A DNA stretch of 64,000 nt from Octopus sinensis (taxonomy: Eukaryota): contig NC_043006.1 of assembly GCF_006345805.1 (NCBI RefSeq), positions 39,060,001 through 39,124,000 on the forward strand, given 5' to 3'. Position 1 is the stretch's first letter, and each line of letters opens with the position of its first letter. A program made the position numbers and the translations under genes. Under the pieces are notes generated by a model, which saw only the letters and a list, made by a program, of their open reading frames with translations, was not told where the DNA came from and did not search any database. Positions 48,886-61,424 of the stretch are shown here, piece after piece.

Positions 48886-50522
48886 AGATGCACTTACTGA
48901 ACTGCTGAATCACAAACAGCCATAAAATACGAGAGAAAAGTCCATAAAAGCAGAGCAGACATCTCTGTAACATAACCTCTCAACCAGAACCATGCACCAC
49001 CACCACCATCACAACCACCACCACAACTACTACCACCGCTACCACCAACGATATCATCATCATCATCTGAAACACCGACGCTATAACCGAATATATTGAA
49101 AAAAAAAAAAAAAAGAAACAACAAAACTAAACAATCCTTTTATAGAAAATACAAAAATAAATTAAAATTTATACATTCTAGTATTAAATTTTGGTTGATT
49201 CATAATTTTTTTTTGTTTTTGTTTTTGTTCTATTAAAATTTGATTTTGTTATTTTTTTTTTCCTCGCTAAAGTTTTCATATTTGTCGAATGTTTTTCATG
49301 CTTGTGTAATGTGTTTCCTCTACACATAATAATAACAATAACAGTAATAACAATAACAATAATAATAATAATAATTAATATGATGATAATAATAATGATA
49401 ACGATAACAATAATAATAATATTCATGATCGTTATCATCATTACTTCTAACACCAGTACTACCAACACTACTCCTCATCATCATCACCATCATTTCATAC
49501 TTTATTATTATTATTATTGTTATTCTTCTTCTTATTATTATTATAATTGTTATTCATCTTTTTCCCATTTCCTCCTTTTTCTTCTTCCTTCCTTTTCCTT
49601 CTTCCTCCACTTCTTCCCTTCTTTCTTCTTCATTTTTCTTCATCTTTTTCATCATCTTCTTCCTATTCTTCTTCTCTTTCTTTATCTTCCTCTTCCCCTT
49701 CATAATCCTCCTCCTCCTGCTCCTCCTCCTCCTCCTCATCATCATCATCACCACCATCATCTTTGTTTCCAAAACCAGAATGAATCATACCAGTTCTGCT
49801 GTCTTCTGTTTACAAAATACAGGAATTAAAGATTCCAAGATTTTATCATTTTCTTTTTTTTTTCTTCAGCCAATTCCCAGCAAGATGAGGGATTCTCTTC
49901 CACAAAGATGACAAACTGAAATCCCCCATCTTCTACATACTGTTCCTGATGTTCCTGATCTTGTTCTCATTGTTGTTGTTGTTGTTGTTGTTCTTGCAGC
50001 TGCTGCTGATGTTGATAAGGCTGAGCTTCATGTGACTGAAGTCATCTTATTAATGTCGGATATGTTTGTTTTTGTAATCTGTTGGCTTTCTGATTGACAT
50101 ACAAACAACTTTGTTCAAACACCACACACACACACACACACGCACGCACGCACACGCACACACACACACACACCACACACCACATATGTACATATATGTA
50201 CAGACATGTAAGTATGTTTGCTAGCTTTGGCTATCCGCATGCTATATCTCATTGTGTGTGCATGTTGTGTGTTTGTCTGTCTGTCTCTCTGTACATAAAT
50301 TTATATTACAGACACGCACACACACACATACATATATATATATACACACACACACACACTCATAGACACTTATATGTACACACATAAAGACATATATATA
50401 TATGCATATATGTGTATGCATGTATATATATATATATGCATATATGTATATGCATGTATATATATATATTGTGTGTATGTATATATATATATGCATATAT
50501 GTATATGCATGTATGTATATAT

Positions 50523-50553
<31 letters not shown>

Positions 50554-50689
50554 GCATATATGTATATGCATGTATGCATATATGTGTGTATATATATATA
50601 GCCATACATACATATAAATTTGTATGTATATATGTACACACATACACATATATCATCATACATGAAAATAGGTGTATATGTATGTATGT

Positions 50690-50900
50690 ATATACTTTTA
50701 TTAAAATTCCAAAATTTTTGACAAAATGCTACTCAAGCTTTCATCTTTCTGTTCATCAGACAGTATGAGCACAACTGTCTGACAAATGAGAATATGAAGC
50801 TCTGTGTAAATTTTAGCAGCTTTAATAAAAGCATATTGCTCTGCCTTTGGTTGTCGAGTACTATTTTTTCCACCTTGTTTTACATTTATGTGCTTACTCA
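50690..50900. mobile_element. Penelope-like terminal fragment with inverted hammerhead-bearing end
   Basis: Homologous to 26430-26563. An internal inverted pair TCAGACAGT/ACTGTCTGA marks the fold-back. Confidence 0.55.
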
Positions 50901-51100
50901 TGAACCAGTTCTATGTAAATGCACCTGTGTCACTGGCACATAAAAGGCACCCAGCATACTCTGTTAAATGGATGGTGTTAGGCAGGGAATGTAGCCATAG
51001 TAACCATGCTACAACAGCCAGTTGGAGTCTGGACAGCTTCTAGCTAGCCAGTTCCACGTCAAACCGTCAAACCCATGCCAGCATGGAAAGGGGATGTTAA

Positions 51101-51523
51101 ATGATACTCCGACGTCTGGCAGCTGACTTGGCAGACACCCATAAAATTATCAACCATCTTACAAACAATAACTCTGAGCACCTTTTCAAACTCCATCTGT
51201 CTAACACCCGTGGACATGTCTACAAAATCAGAAAACAGCACAGCTCCCATGACTTTTGGAAACATCTTTTCACACTAAGAGTTGCTGAAGCATGGAACAA
51301 ACTGCCGGCATCAGTTGTTAGTTGTCGGGGCACTGCATCCTTCAAAACTTCCATGCTTCCTGAGATTCGCCAACACTACACCTGATTTTCTCCCCTTCAT
51401 ACACACGCAAGCATGTATCTGACTCATACACTGTTCACTTTCCAGACATTTGTACATTATTGCATATGCTTTATACGCACTTTTGACAAGTTGTGGTGCA
51501 CCTGAGCACTGTATACAATAATT

Positions 51524-51548
<25 letters not shown>
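51101..51548 (+). mobile_element. CR1-clade LINE 3' end with (ATT)n tail
   Basis: LRRLAADLADTHKII..LFK....NTRGHVYKIRK....FWKHLFTLRVAEAWNKLPASVVS...ASFK is the typical CR1 ORF2 C-terminus. It is followed by the 3' UTR and (ATT)n. Confidence 0.88.
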
Positions 51549-51555
<7 letters not shown>

Positions 51556-51959
51556 TACAGGATGGCCTAAAATTAGGTTTAAAGTTATTCAACTATCTCT
51601 TTCACATTTATATATTAAGTTTAGATTTTAATTATAAAAATAAATAAGAAACCATAATTCTATGCTAATTTAGTTAATTTTGTCAAGCTCCCTTTTCAGC
51701 TTGGAATTTAAATGTAATAAAATGTTTTAAAAGAAATTAATGTGCCTCAGAGGGGATCTTTCCAGGTGCAATCCCATGGTTATTCATGACAAAAGGAGCT
51801 CTTTACTATCATAACTTGAAATGCTATTCAGTACAGAACTTCTTTAAAGACTCTGTAGGAAGGGAGACTGGATTATGGTCTCTACCTGGAGCTTGCACTG
51901 TTGTACATCTATTTGTACACACAATTTCTTCATACAAAAGAGACAATTAATATAAACAT

Positions 51960-52188
51960 AAAGTGAGCTGGCAGAATCGTTAGCATGCTGGGCGAAATAC
52001 TTAGTAGTATTTCATCTGCCGTTATGTTCTGAGTTCAAATTCTGTTGAGGTTGACTTAGCCCTTTATCCTTTCGGGGTCGATTAAATAAGTACCAGTTAT
52101 GCACTAGAGTCGATGTAATCTGCTCAATCCCCTTGTTTCTCCTCTATATTTAGCTCTCTGTAGGCAATAAAGAAATAAATATAAAATA
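51960..52188 (+). mobile_element. Meta-like SINE (subfamily A)
   Basis: GTGAGCTGGCAGAATCGTTAGC...GAGTTCAAATTC...GGGGTCGATTAAATAAGTACCAG...GCAATAAAGAAATA. Confidence 0.8.
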
Positions 52189-52344
52189 ATCATCATCATT
52201 GGCATCGTTTAACCTCTTAACACACACATATTTTTCAATTTCCATGCAAAGAATATTTTTTTACTTATTTATTTTGAATCTGTACATAAGGAATAATAAG
52301 TACACAAATTATTTTGGATCAGTTATGATTTATTACAAAGTCCA

Positions 52345-52880
52345 TCATCATCATCGTTCAACATCTGCTTTGGTTGGATGGTTTGACTGAGGACTGGCAA
52401 GCCAGGAGGCTGCACCAGGTTCCAATCTGTTCTGGCAAGGTTGCTACAGCTGGATGCTCTTCCTAACACCAACCACTCCAAGAGTGTAGTGGCTGTTTTT
52501 TACGTGCCACCAGTATGCTTGAATGGTGCTTTTTACATACCACTGGCATGGGAACCAATCAGGCAGCACTGGCATCAACCATGCTCGAATGGTGCTTCTT
52601 ACGTGCCACTGACACAGGAGCCAGTCAGGCGGCATTTAGGTGCTTTTTCCATGCCACTGACATGGGAGCCAGTCTGGCGGCACTGGCATCAACCATGCTC
52701 AAATAGTGCTTTTTATGTGCCACTGGCACGGGAACCAGTCAGGGTCACTGGCATCAACCACATTTGGATGGTGCTTTTTACGTGCCACCAGTATGAGAGC
52801 CAGTCAGGTGTCACTGGCATGGACTATTCTTGAATGGTGCTTTTTGTGGCACTGGCATCAACCACGCTCGAATGGTGTTT
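52345..52880 (-). mobile_element. RTE-tailed non-autonomous element with about six 65-bp units
   Basis: (CAT)n tail and body at 52345-52505; tandem units GAATGGTGCTTTTTACGTGCCACTGGCACGGGAGCCAGTCAGGCGGCACTGGCATCAACCATGCTC at 52505-52880. Confidence 0.8.
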
Positions 52881-53061
52881 TTACTGATAGAAATGATAAT
52901 TACTGATAGTTAATGCTAGAAAATGGAAATAACATCATGAGCGAAATATTCTGGGTTAGCAACAAGCGACAGATACCTCAGAGTACAGTGAACATACAGT
53001 GAACGTATATTTTCATTCAACTATATATTTATTAGACATCTTTGAACGAAAATATTCGGGA

Positions 53062-53397
53062 CCCCCTCCGGTCACAACACTGACCATGGGATTGCACCTA
53101 GAAAGTTACCCCCCTAGTCACAAGTCTGGGCAAGGTGGTTTATGGAAGACCAGCAGTCGCCCATGCATACCGGTCTCCCCTCTCCACGCCACCAGCGTTA
53201 TCCAAGGGAAAGGCAAGGGGGCCAATACAGCTTGGCACCCGTGACGTCGCAACTCATTTCTACAGCTGAGTTAACTGGAGCAACGTGAAGTAAAGTGTCT
53301 TGCTCAAGAACACAACATGCAGTCCGGTACGGGATTCGAGCTGACAACCTCATGATCGTAAGCTCGACGCTCTAACCACTGAGCCATGCGCCTTCAC
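53062..53397 (-). mobile_element. Full-length V/CORE-like tRNA SINE with imperfect 13-bp TSD
   Basis: Head GTGAAGGCGCATGGCTCAGTGGTTAGAGCG...CTCGAATCCC; core TTCTTGAGCAAGACACTTTAC. Flanks are GAAAATATTCGGG and GAAAATATACAGG. Confidence 0.85.
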
Positions 53398-54149
53398 GAA
53401 AATATACAGGATAATAAATTAAGAGGATAATGTCTCTTTTTCCATGCTGGCATGGGTTAGACAGTTCAACAAGAACAGATTAGCCCAAGGGTTCTGCCAA
53501 ATGCTGTGTCTGTTCTGACATGGTTTTTACAGCCAGATGCTCTTCCTAATGGCAACCACATTCCAGAGTGTACCGGGTGCTTTTTATATGGCACCAGCAC
53601 CAGTAAGGTCACCAAGTACCTGAAAGATTAGACCCCACTCCACGCCTAAATGAGTTGGGGTATACATTGGAAGAGTATGAAGCTATGATAGAAGGAGAAG
53701 AGCAGGCATCTTGCTGAAGAGGTGAATGCATTGACTTTTATCATATTTGATGACACTGTAATACATTTATCACCAGAGTATATATGATACCAAAGTGTTG
53801 GTTATGGACTGCAACTGTAACTCATAGATGTTCGTAACTCGGAGTGGTGACCCATTAGTAACATTGTAATTTTGCATAAGAAATCTTGCATTTTGCCTTA
53901 TTGCTAGACAAATAATAAATGAACAACAAAAAGAAAAGGAGAGTGTGAGAGAAGGAGAGGGAGATAAACATACAGAAACACACACACAGAAAGAGAGAGA
54001 GGAGGAAAGGGAGAGAGAGGAAGATAAAAAAGAAGGATGACAGAAGGAAAGAGAGAGAAACAAAGAAACAAAAGAGAGCGAGAAAGGGAGGGACGAATGA
54101 AGGAGAGAGAGGGAGGGAGGGAGGGATAAGTGAAAGAGAGAGAGAGGGA

Positions 54150-54495
54150 CAGTGAGATTGCATTGGTGGTAATAACGATGATGATAGCATTAATGATGAT
54201 GGTGATGACAGAGATGATGATGAGGACAGCAATAATAATCATGATGATGATTAGGAGGAGGAGGAGGAAATTAATGTTGATTGTGTTAGTGGTAACAATG
54301 ACGATGATAGCATTAATGATGATGATAGGGATGCTGATGATGATAACAATGATAAAGATGATGCTGACAATTATGATGATGATGATGAGGAGGAGGAAAT
54401 TAATGTTGATAGCAAAGTCAGTGATAATGAAGCTGATGACGATCATGATGACAATGACGGCAATGACAATGATGCTGGTGCTGATAATGATATTA
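54150..54495. repeat. Degenerate (GAT)n tract with an internal duplication
   Basis: GGTAA..ATGA.GATGATAGCATTAATGATGAT and GAGGAGGAGGAAATTAATGTTGAT each occur twice. Confidence 0.8.
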
Positions 54496-55019
54496 AAGCA
54501 ATCGAATGGTAGTAGTCTTCATTTATAAGCAGAACAAATAGTGATGATGATCGGAATGTCTATAAAAATCACGTAGAAGAACTCTACTAATAAGCAACTC
54601 CCAAAACCGAAATATATTGAATTAGGCTAAATTGGATTAAAGAACAAGCTGCAATGACAAGCTCACCATTTCACTGATGAAAATTTCTGGTGATTCCATA
54701 GAACTGTTGCAGCCATTTCCTTGTTAAAAATCTTTGGATAGTCATGCCATGGATTAGCAATCACAGAGAGAGACAGAATATTTTTCATCCTTCATGTAAT
54801 CTCAGGATAACTTGGTTTTAGAATTAAAGATCTTAATATTGAATTTTGAATAGAAAGAAAAAGAAAAGACTTTCACATGCACTTGCTGATAGAATTATGG
54901 TAACAGTTAGGTTTATAGAATTGGTCATGTGATGAAGTAATTGTTGCAACCTCCTTCTAGGTTAGCCCCAGTAGAAATCATCCTGCATTTCATTTTAGAT
55001 GGTACCACATTTAAAGCCC

Positions 55020-55365
55020 CTGTGTTAGCGCCACTTGTGTTGGTGTCATTTATAAAGTGCCCATGCTGGTGCCATGAATACAACACCCTGTACACTCTGT
55101 AAAGTGGTTGGCAGTAGGAAGGGCATCAAGCCATAAAATCTAGACCAAAACAGACAACTGGTACCTGGTACAGCTTTCCAGTTTGCCAGCTATCAAACCA
55201 TCTGACCCATGCCAGCATGGAAAATGGGCATTAAATTATGATGATGATGGTGATGATAATGGTGAGGATGATGAAGATGGCGATGTTGATGATGGTGGTG
55301 GTGATGATTATGATGATGATGATGGTGGTGGTGGTAATGATGGTGATGATGATGATGATGATGTC
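55020..55365 (+). mobile_element. RTE-tailed non-autonomous element with expanded (GAT)n tail
   Basis: GTGGTTGGCAGTAGGAAGGGCATC...CCATCTGACCCATGCCAGCATGGAAAATGGGCATTAAA followed by (GAT)n. Confidence 0.7.
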
Positions 55366-55715
55366 AACGAAATCTAGAATGATATTGTTGAATGTGGGTC
55401 ACCTTTTTTTTTTAAACAACAGGCACAAGCTTGGCTGTGTGGTTAAGACGTTTGCTTCCGAACAACATGGTTTCAAGTTCAATCCGTTTGCATTGCACCT
55501 TGAGCAAGTGTCTTCTACAAGGAAATGTTACCATTATGCAAGTGGTGTCTGTTCACAATCTTCCTCAAAAACATGTATAGTTCTGGGGGGAAATACTGGT
55601 GAGGGCTGGCAACAGGAAGAGCAACCAACCACAGCAAATCCATCTCAACAAATTCTTTCCAACCCATACAAACATAGAAAAGTGGATATTACTAGATTAT
55701 GATAAGGTGTGATTT

Positions 55716-55987
55716 ATACAGTTCTATATTTAAGAGATGAGGAATTCTTTACTTTATTTACATTATTTACATTTGATGGATATTTGTCCTCATCTTGTTT
55801 GTTGTTAACACAACATTTCGGCTGATATACCCTCTGGCTTTCATCAGGGAAATTTCGAACCTGGATTCTCATTCCTAAGGTACTTTTTGATGTTATTATT
55901 TTTATTATTTTTATTATTCAGGTCACTGCCTGGAATCAAACTCGAAATCTTGGGGTTAGTAGCCCATGCACTTAACCACTATGCCCA
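55716..55987 (-). mobile_element. Penelope-like terminal fragment with decayed hammerhead
   Basis: The minus strand reads CTGATGAAAGCCAGAGGGTATATCAGCCGAAATGTTGTGTT (55803-55847). Confidence 0.55.
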
Positions 55988-56627
55988 ACTACTTTGGCAA
56001 ATTCCATGTGGTTGTTTTTTCCAGAATTGTCTTCTGTATTCACTAGGAAAAATTGAATTACCATTAGTCATTGAGTTACAACTCTATTGTCCTCACTTCA
56101 TTTTTATTTCTAGTTAGTTCTTTAATGTTCTGTCTGTTAGATAGTAAGCACTAACCTATTCTATACAATGCCTGATAACCAGAAGTAGCAACATATAAAA
56201 TACTCCCCAGGTAGTTGTAAGTAACACAAGATAAGGTCAAAGTCAGCTATAATGGTATTAAAAAATGTCAGCATTATTTCAATTTGAAAACTTAGGATTG
56301 TCAGTTTAGTCACCAACTGTAATTTCAGTAATAAACAGGATTGTTCCTTCATATAAAATATCAAACAAAAGCTTGTGTTTTTGGTGAATTGCCCAATAGC
56401 TGAAAAAGTTACTTTAATTTCAGTCAAAGTAGTTTTAAAAGACGTAGCATGAATTACAAGTCACCTTCAAGTACAAGCTTGACCAGTTATATATGGGACT
56501 TGAAAGAACAAAGTGTTGACGGTTTCAGTGTTAAATGGCCAATAATAAAATGTAGCATGCCTAAAGATTAAGTAAAAGAGCAACGTCACTTATGTGTGCC
56601 CGAGAAATATCACATATTTAAAAAAAC

Positions 56628-57078
56628 CAGTACTCTTTACTCTTTACTCTTTTACTTGTTTCAGTCATTTGACTGCGGCCATGCTGGAGCACCGCCTTTA
56701 GTCGAGCAAATCGACCCCGGGACTTATTCTTTGTAAGCCCAGTACTTATTCTATCGGTCTCTTTTGCCGAACCACAAAGTGACGGGGACGTAAACACACT
56801 AGCATCGGTTGTCAAGCAATGCTAGGGGGACAAACACAGACACACAAACATATACACACACACTTATATATATATATACATATATACGACGGGCTTCTTT
56901 CAGTTTCCGTCTACCAAATCCACTCACAAGGCATTGGTCAGCCCGGGGCTATAGCAGAAGACACTTGCCCAAGATGCCACGCAGTGGGACTGAACCCGGA
57001 ACCATGTGATTGGTTAGCAAGCTACTTACCACACAGCCACTCCTGTGCCTATATTTACCACACAGCCACTCCTGCGCC
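56628..57078 (-). mobile_element. Full-length young CORE-like SINE with duplicated 5' end
   Basis: Near-identical reverse complement of 47224-47640. CCACACAGCCACTCCTG(T/C)GCC occurs twice at 57029-57078. Confidence 0.9.
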
Positions 57079-57783
57079 AATGTATAATTTAAACAAGAGA
57101 TACCATGAAAGTGCCACCATGATGAAAAGATCTTTTGAGTATAGCACAACAGATGAACAGAGTCAGTTTAGATGATGAAAGCTTTCTTGATTATGCTTTC
57201 TACTGTTGAGAGTTAACAGGGAGACAATTGTTACTTTAGAGATATTATTTTCTTAATGTATCATTAGAGGGAAAGAACACAAACTGGAAATATGCTGAGT
57301 ACAATCCTATGCAGCTGAGCAGCTAACGTTAAAGCATTGTCTATATTGTCCTTATCAACCTACACTAGACACAGGTGTGGTTAGAAGTTTGCTTCCCAAC
57401 CACATGGTACTGGGTTCACTTCCACAGCATGACACTCCTACTATAGCCTCAGGCCAACCTAATCCTTGTGAATGGACTTGGTTAATGGAATGTGAAAGAA
57501 TCTCGTTGCGTGTGTATATATATATACTTACAAATATATATGAATATACACACATATATATATCCATATATATATATACATACATTTATACACACATATA
57601 CACACACACATATATATACATATATATACACACACACATATATATACATATATATACACACACATATATATAAACATATATATACACACACATATATATA
57701 AACAAATATATATATATATATACATTACACACACATATATACATACACACACACATATATATACACAAATATATATGTGTGTA

Positions 57784-57831
<48 letters not shown>

Positions 57832-57910
57832 TAGATTGATAGGTAGATGGATAGATTGATAGGTAGATAGATAGATAGATAGATAGATTGCTAGATATAT
57901 AGATAGATAG

Positions 57911-57946
<36 letters not shown>

Positions 57947-57976
57947 ATATATATACAAATATATAGATATATACAT

Positions 57977-58009
<33 letters not shown>

Positions 58010-59444
58010 CATTATATAATTAGGGCTTAGTAAAATAAATTACTTTGCCACATACTGAACTTAGTAGAAATAGCAGCCAAAAAAAAAAAAATTTTCTTAG
58101 CATTTCTACTACTTAAAGAAAATTTCTCTCAGATAATGTTTACTCCAGACATATATATATACATATATATTTGCATGTATGTATCTAAGCATGTGTGTTT
58201 TTGTGTCTGTATTTGTGCCCTAGCATTGCTTAACAAGCGATGTTGATGTGTTTACGTTCTTGTAACTTAGCAGCTCAGTAAAACAGACCAATAAAATAAG
58301 CACCAGGCTATAAAAAAAGGCACTGGGCTCAATTAATTTGACTAAAAGCTCTCCGTGACCACAGTCAAACAAGTAAAAAGTAAAAGAAACCTGAAGAATA
58401 ACATTCATACTGACGTGAATCTTGAAGTAAATCAAAAGTAGACAGCTTTAATTATAATATGACAATATATAATTCACACAGATACAGTAATATATAGATA
58501 TAAGATGAAATGGGGGAAGGGAAGAGTAGATGAATGGATAGCTAGATAGACAAAGAGACAGATATAAACGATGAAGTTTAAACATATTGATTTAAACAGT
58601 GATTTTGGTCGCTACTCTGGTTTCACACATGAAAGTAAAATAGTGACCAAAATCACAGTTAAAATAAATATATTATTTAACTCTACACCATCTCTTTAGT
58701 GTTATATCTCTCTTTTGTTTTACAAACTGGGTGGGAGAGGTATGTGTCCACATGTGTGAGTGTATGTGTGCCAATGCATACATGTGTATGTGTGTTGTGT
58801 GAGAGGGACACAGGAAAGGAAAGTGTGTGTGTGTGTAGGCATATATATATATATATATATATATCTTATCTTGAGAATATAATCAGCAGCTTGGAAAGTG
58901 TTGAATATAACAAGGACACAAGTAATTTATTATTTTGAATTGCAAACTAACACCGAAATGAAACCCAAGTGTTAAATAGAAAATGGACAGAATAATATAT
59001 AATAAACTTCAACGTAGTTTTTGTGCGTATTTCAAAGCAAAATGGGGGCAAGGAGCAGAAACTGTAAAAACAAAGACTGTTTGGATAAGTATTTATCAGA
59101 CACACAGATACACACACACACACACACAGACACACGTTTACAAGAGCACACACGCATTATTTATTCAATAGCGGTTTGATTCGGTTCCATGCGACTTCAA
59201 GTTTGGTAGGTTTATTCATCAAACTGAATTCATCAGGCCCCAAAATCTCTAAGTTACATGGAGCCAAATTAAAGATTCCATATGAAAAGTTACCCACAAT
59301 ATGTGCAATTGATTATATCTATACACATATATATATATGTATATGTACAAATATATATATATACATACAAATATATATATACAAATATATATATACATAC
59401 AAATATATATATATACACATATAAACACACACACACATATATAT

Positions 59445-59491
<47 letters not shown>

Positions 59492-59513
59492 CATATATAT
59501 ATATACATACACA

Positions 59514-59553
<40 letters not shown>

Positions 59554-59556
<3 letters not shown>

Positions 59557-59756
59557 CGGAGATGTACTCGCATAGCAAGTAATTTGATCTGAGATCGTGT
59601 GCTGAAACGAAAACAATTGCAGCGTGGAAGGTGTTTGTAAGCCATTTAAGAAACACACAAAAGCCGTTTGATTCACTTCAACATTTAAGTTTAATTTGTC
59701 AAAATATTTTCGTCGCTAAAATCCGCGACCTGTTCACTGACAAAAATCCGTGCTGC
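59554..59756 (-). mobile_element. Penelope-like terminal repeat carrying a variant hammerhead
   Basis: CpG-rich ~200-bp repeat with a second partial copy at 1248-1332; it contains the fold at 59695-59744. Confidence 0.65.
59695..59744 (-). ncRNA. Minimal type I hammerhead ribozyme candidate, G3:C8 variant
   Basis: TTTGTCA GTGAACA G GTCGC GGATTTTA GCGAC GAA AATATT T TGACAAA: 7-bp stem I, 5-bp stem II, palindromic stem III. Confidence 0.65.
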
Positions 59757-61424
59757 ATCTGAGAAAATAACAGTTAGTTCGTCATATATATGTACGTATG
59801 TATGTGTGTATGTATGCATACATGTGTGTATGTATGTACGTATGCATGTACGTACATACTCCTGTGTATGCATGTATGTATGTATGTATGTATGTATGTA
59901 TATATGTATGTGTGTGTATGTGCACGCACATACACACTATAAACATAAAGCTATAAACCTGTAGCGATGGATAGATGTAGAGTGACCACTCATCACAATA
60001 ATATCAAATTTCAACTTCCCCCCACCCCGGCCGAAGCCTGGAAGTGATTTACGACCCTTACTCCCAAAACTATACCCTAAAACCTATTATCAGATATTTA
60101 TCTCTATATCACAGAACTTTTGTTTTACTATTGTGCGTATGTAAGTATGTATGTGCGTATGTATGTATGTATGTATGTATGTATGTATGTATGTATGTAT
60201 GTATGTATGTATGTATGTATGTATGTGTGCATGTACATACGTACGCATGTGCGTATGTATGTATACGCGCACGTATAAAGAAATAGTATGTATACGCGCA
60301 CGTATGCATGTGCCCATGTATGTGTGTGCGTACATGTACGTGCGTATGTACGTGTGTATGCCCATACGTAGGTATGTATGTATATAAATGTATATACATA
60401 TACATCATCATCATCATCATCATCATCGTCGTGTATACACATACATATATATGTATACACATATACATATATGTATATGTATATACATATACATATATGC
60501 ATACACATATATATATGCATATACATGTATATACATATACATATGTATATACATATATATATACATATATATATATGTATATACCTATAAATATATGTAT
60601 ATACCTATAAATATATATATATATAGACATCCATACACGCACACACACACACACACATATATATATACACACAAAATATGATTACATAAATATAGGTACA
60701 TACACACATACAGACATAAGTAGCTAGATAAAGTGGGAAGTTAAGATATGGATTGTGGAGTAAATATACAGAGAAAAATTGTGTAAATTATCAGAGGCCA
60801 TGAGAGAGACAGGACACTCGAATTCCGTTCTGTTGTTATAGAAAGAGGACGGAAGGTAAGCAGTAAGTGACTGAAGAATGTTGATTTGTAAAGCTATCCT
60901 TCTCTGTTGATAACAATTTTGATAAAACATAGAAACAATCCACCTGGCTGTTATCATGGTGTCAAGGTGACATCAGGTTTTATAGAAAAACAAACTGATA
61001 AGAATACAGAATATCATGTGATTTAACAGACAATCAGATGTCATTATACAATGCTGATCACACTGCACTTTGCATTGCTTTAGCTCTCAAATAATGTCAC
61101 CTTGCTGGCTAGGTAAGCAGGCTGACAATACACCTGATTGGAAGGCTGTTCTATTGCAAGTTTATCAGTTTACAGCTGAGGGAACTGAAGTAACAGGAAT
61201 TGAAGTGTTTTGTTTGAAACACAACATGCCACCCAGTCTGAGAATTGAACCTGCAATCTAGTGATCATGAGTGCAACACCTTAATCACTAGGCCAAATAT
61301 GGTTAGAATAAACTTAATTATAAACAAGAGTACTCAGAGAGTGCAAACTTCTGTCAAGGCAACACCAATGCCCTCTCCACGATTAGCCGGAGATGATTTT
61401 TGAAATGAGAATATCATTTTTGAG

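Noticed and set aside
49860-50090. PolyQ-like minus-strand reading (QQQLQEQQQQQQQ)
   Set aside because: In-frame TGA stops lie on both sides of the run; it is a (CAA/CAG)n microsatellite.
52505-52880. CRISPR-like appearance of the 60-66 bp repeat arrays (also 690-990 and 41046-41310)
   Set aside because: The units are degenerate tandem copies with no unique spacers. There are no cas genes and the context is eukaryotic.
60795-60855. Possible 61-bp + strand exon with strong donor AAG|GTAAGC
   Set aside because: Weak acceptor, unrecognised peptide (GHERDRTLEFRSVVIERGRK), and no supporting neighbouring exons.
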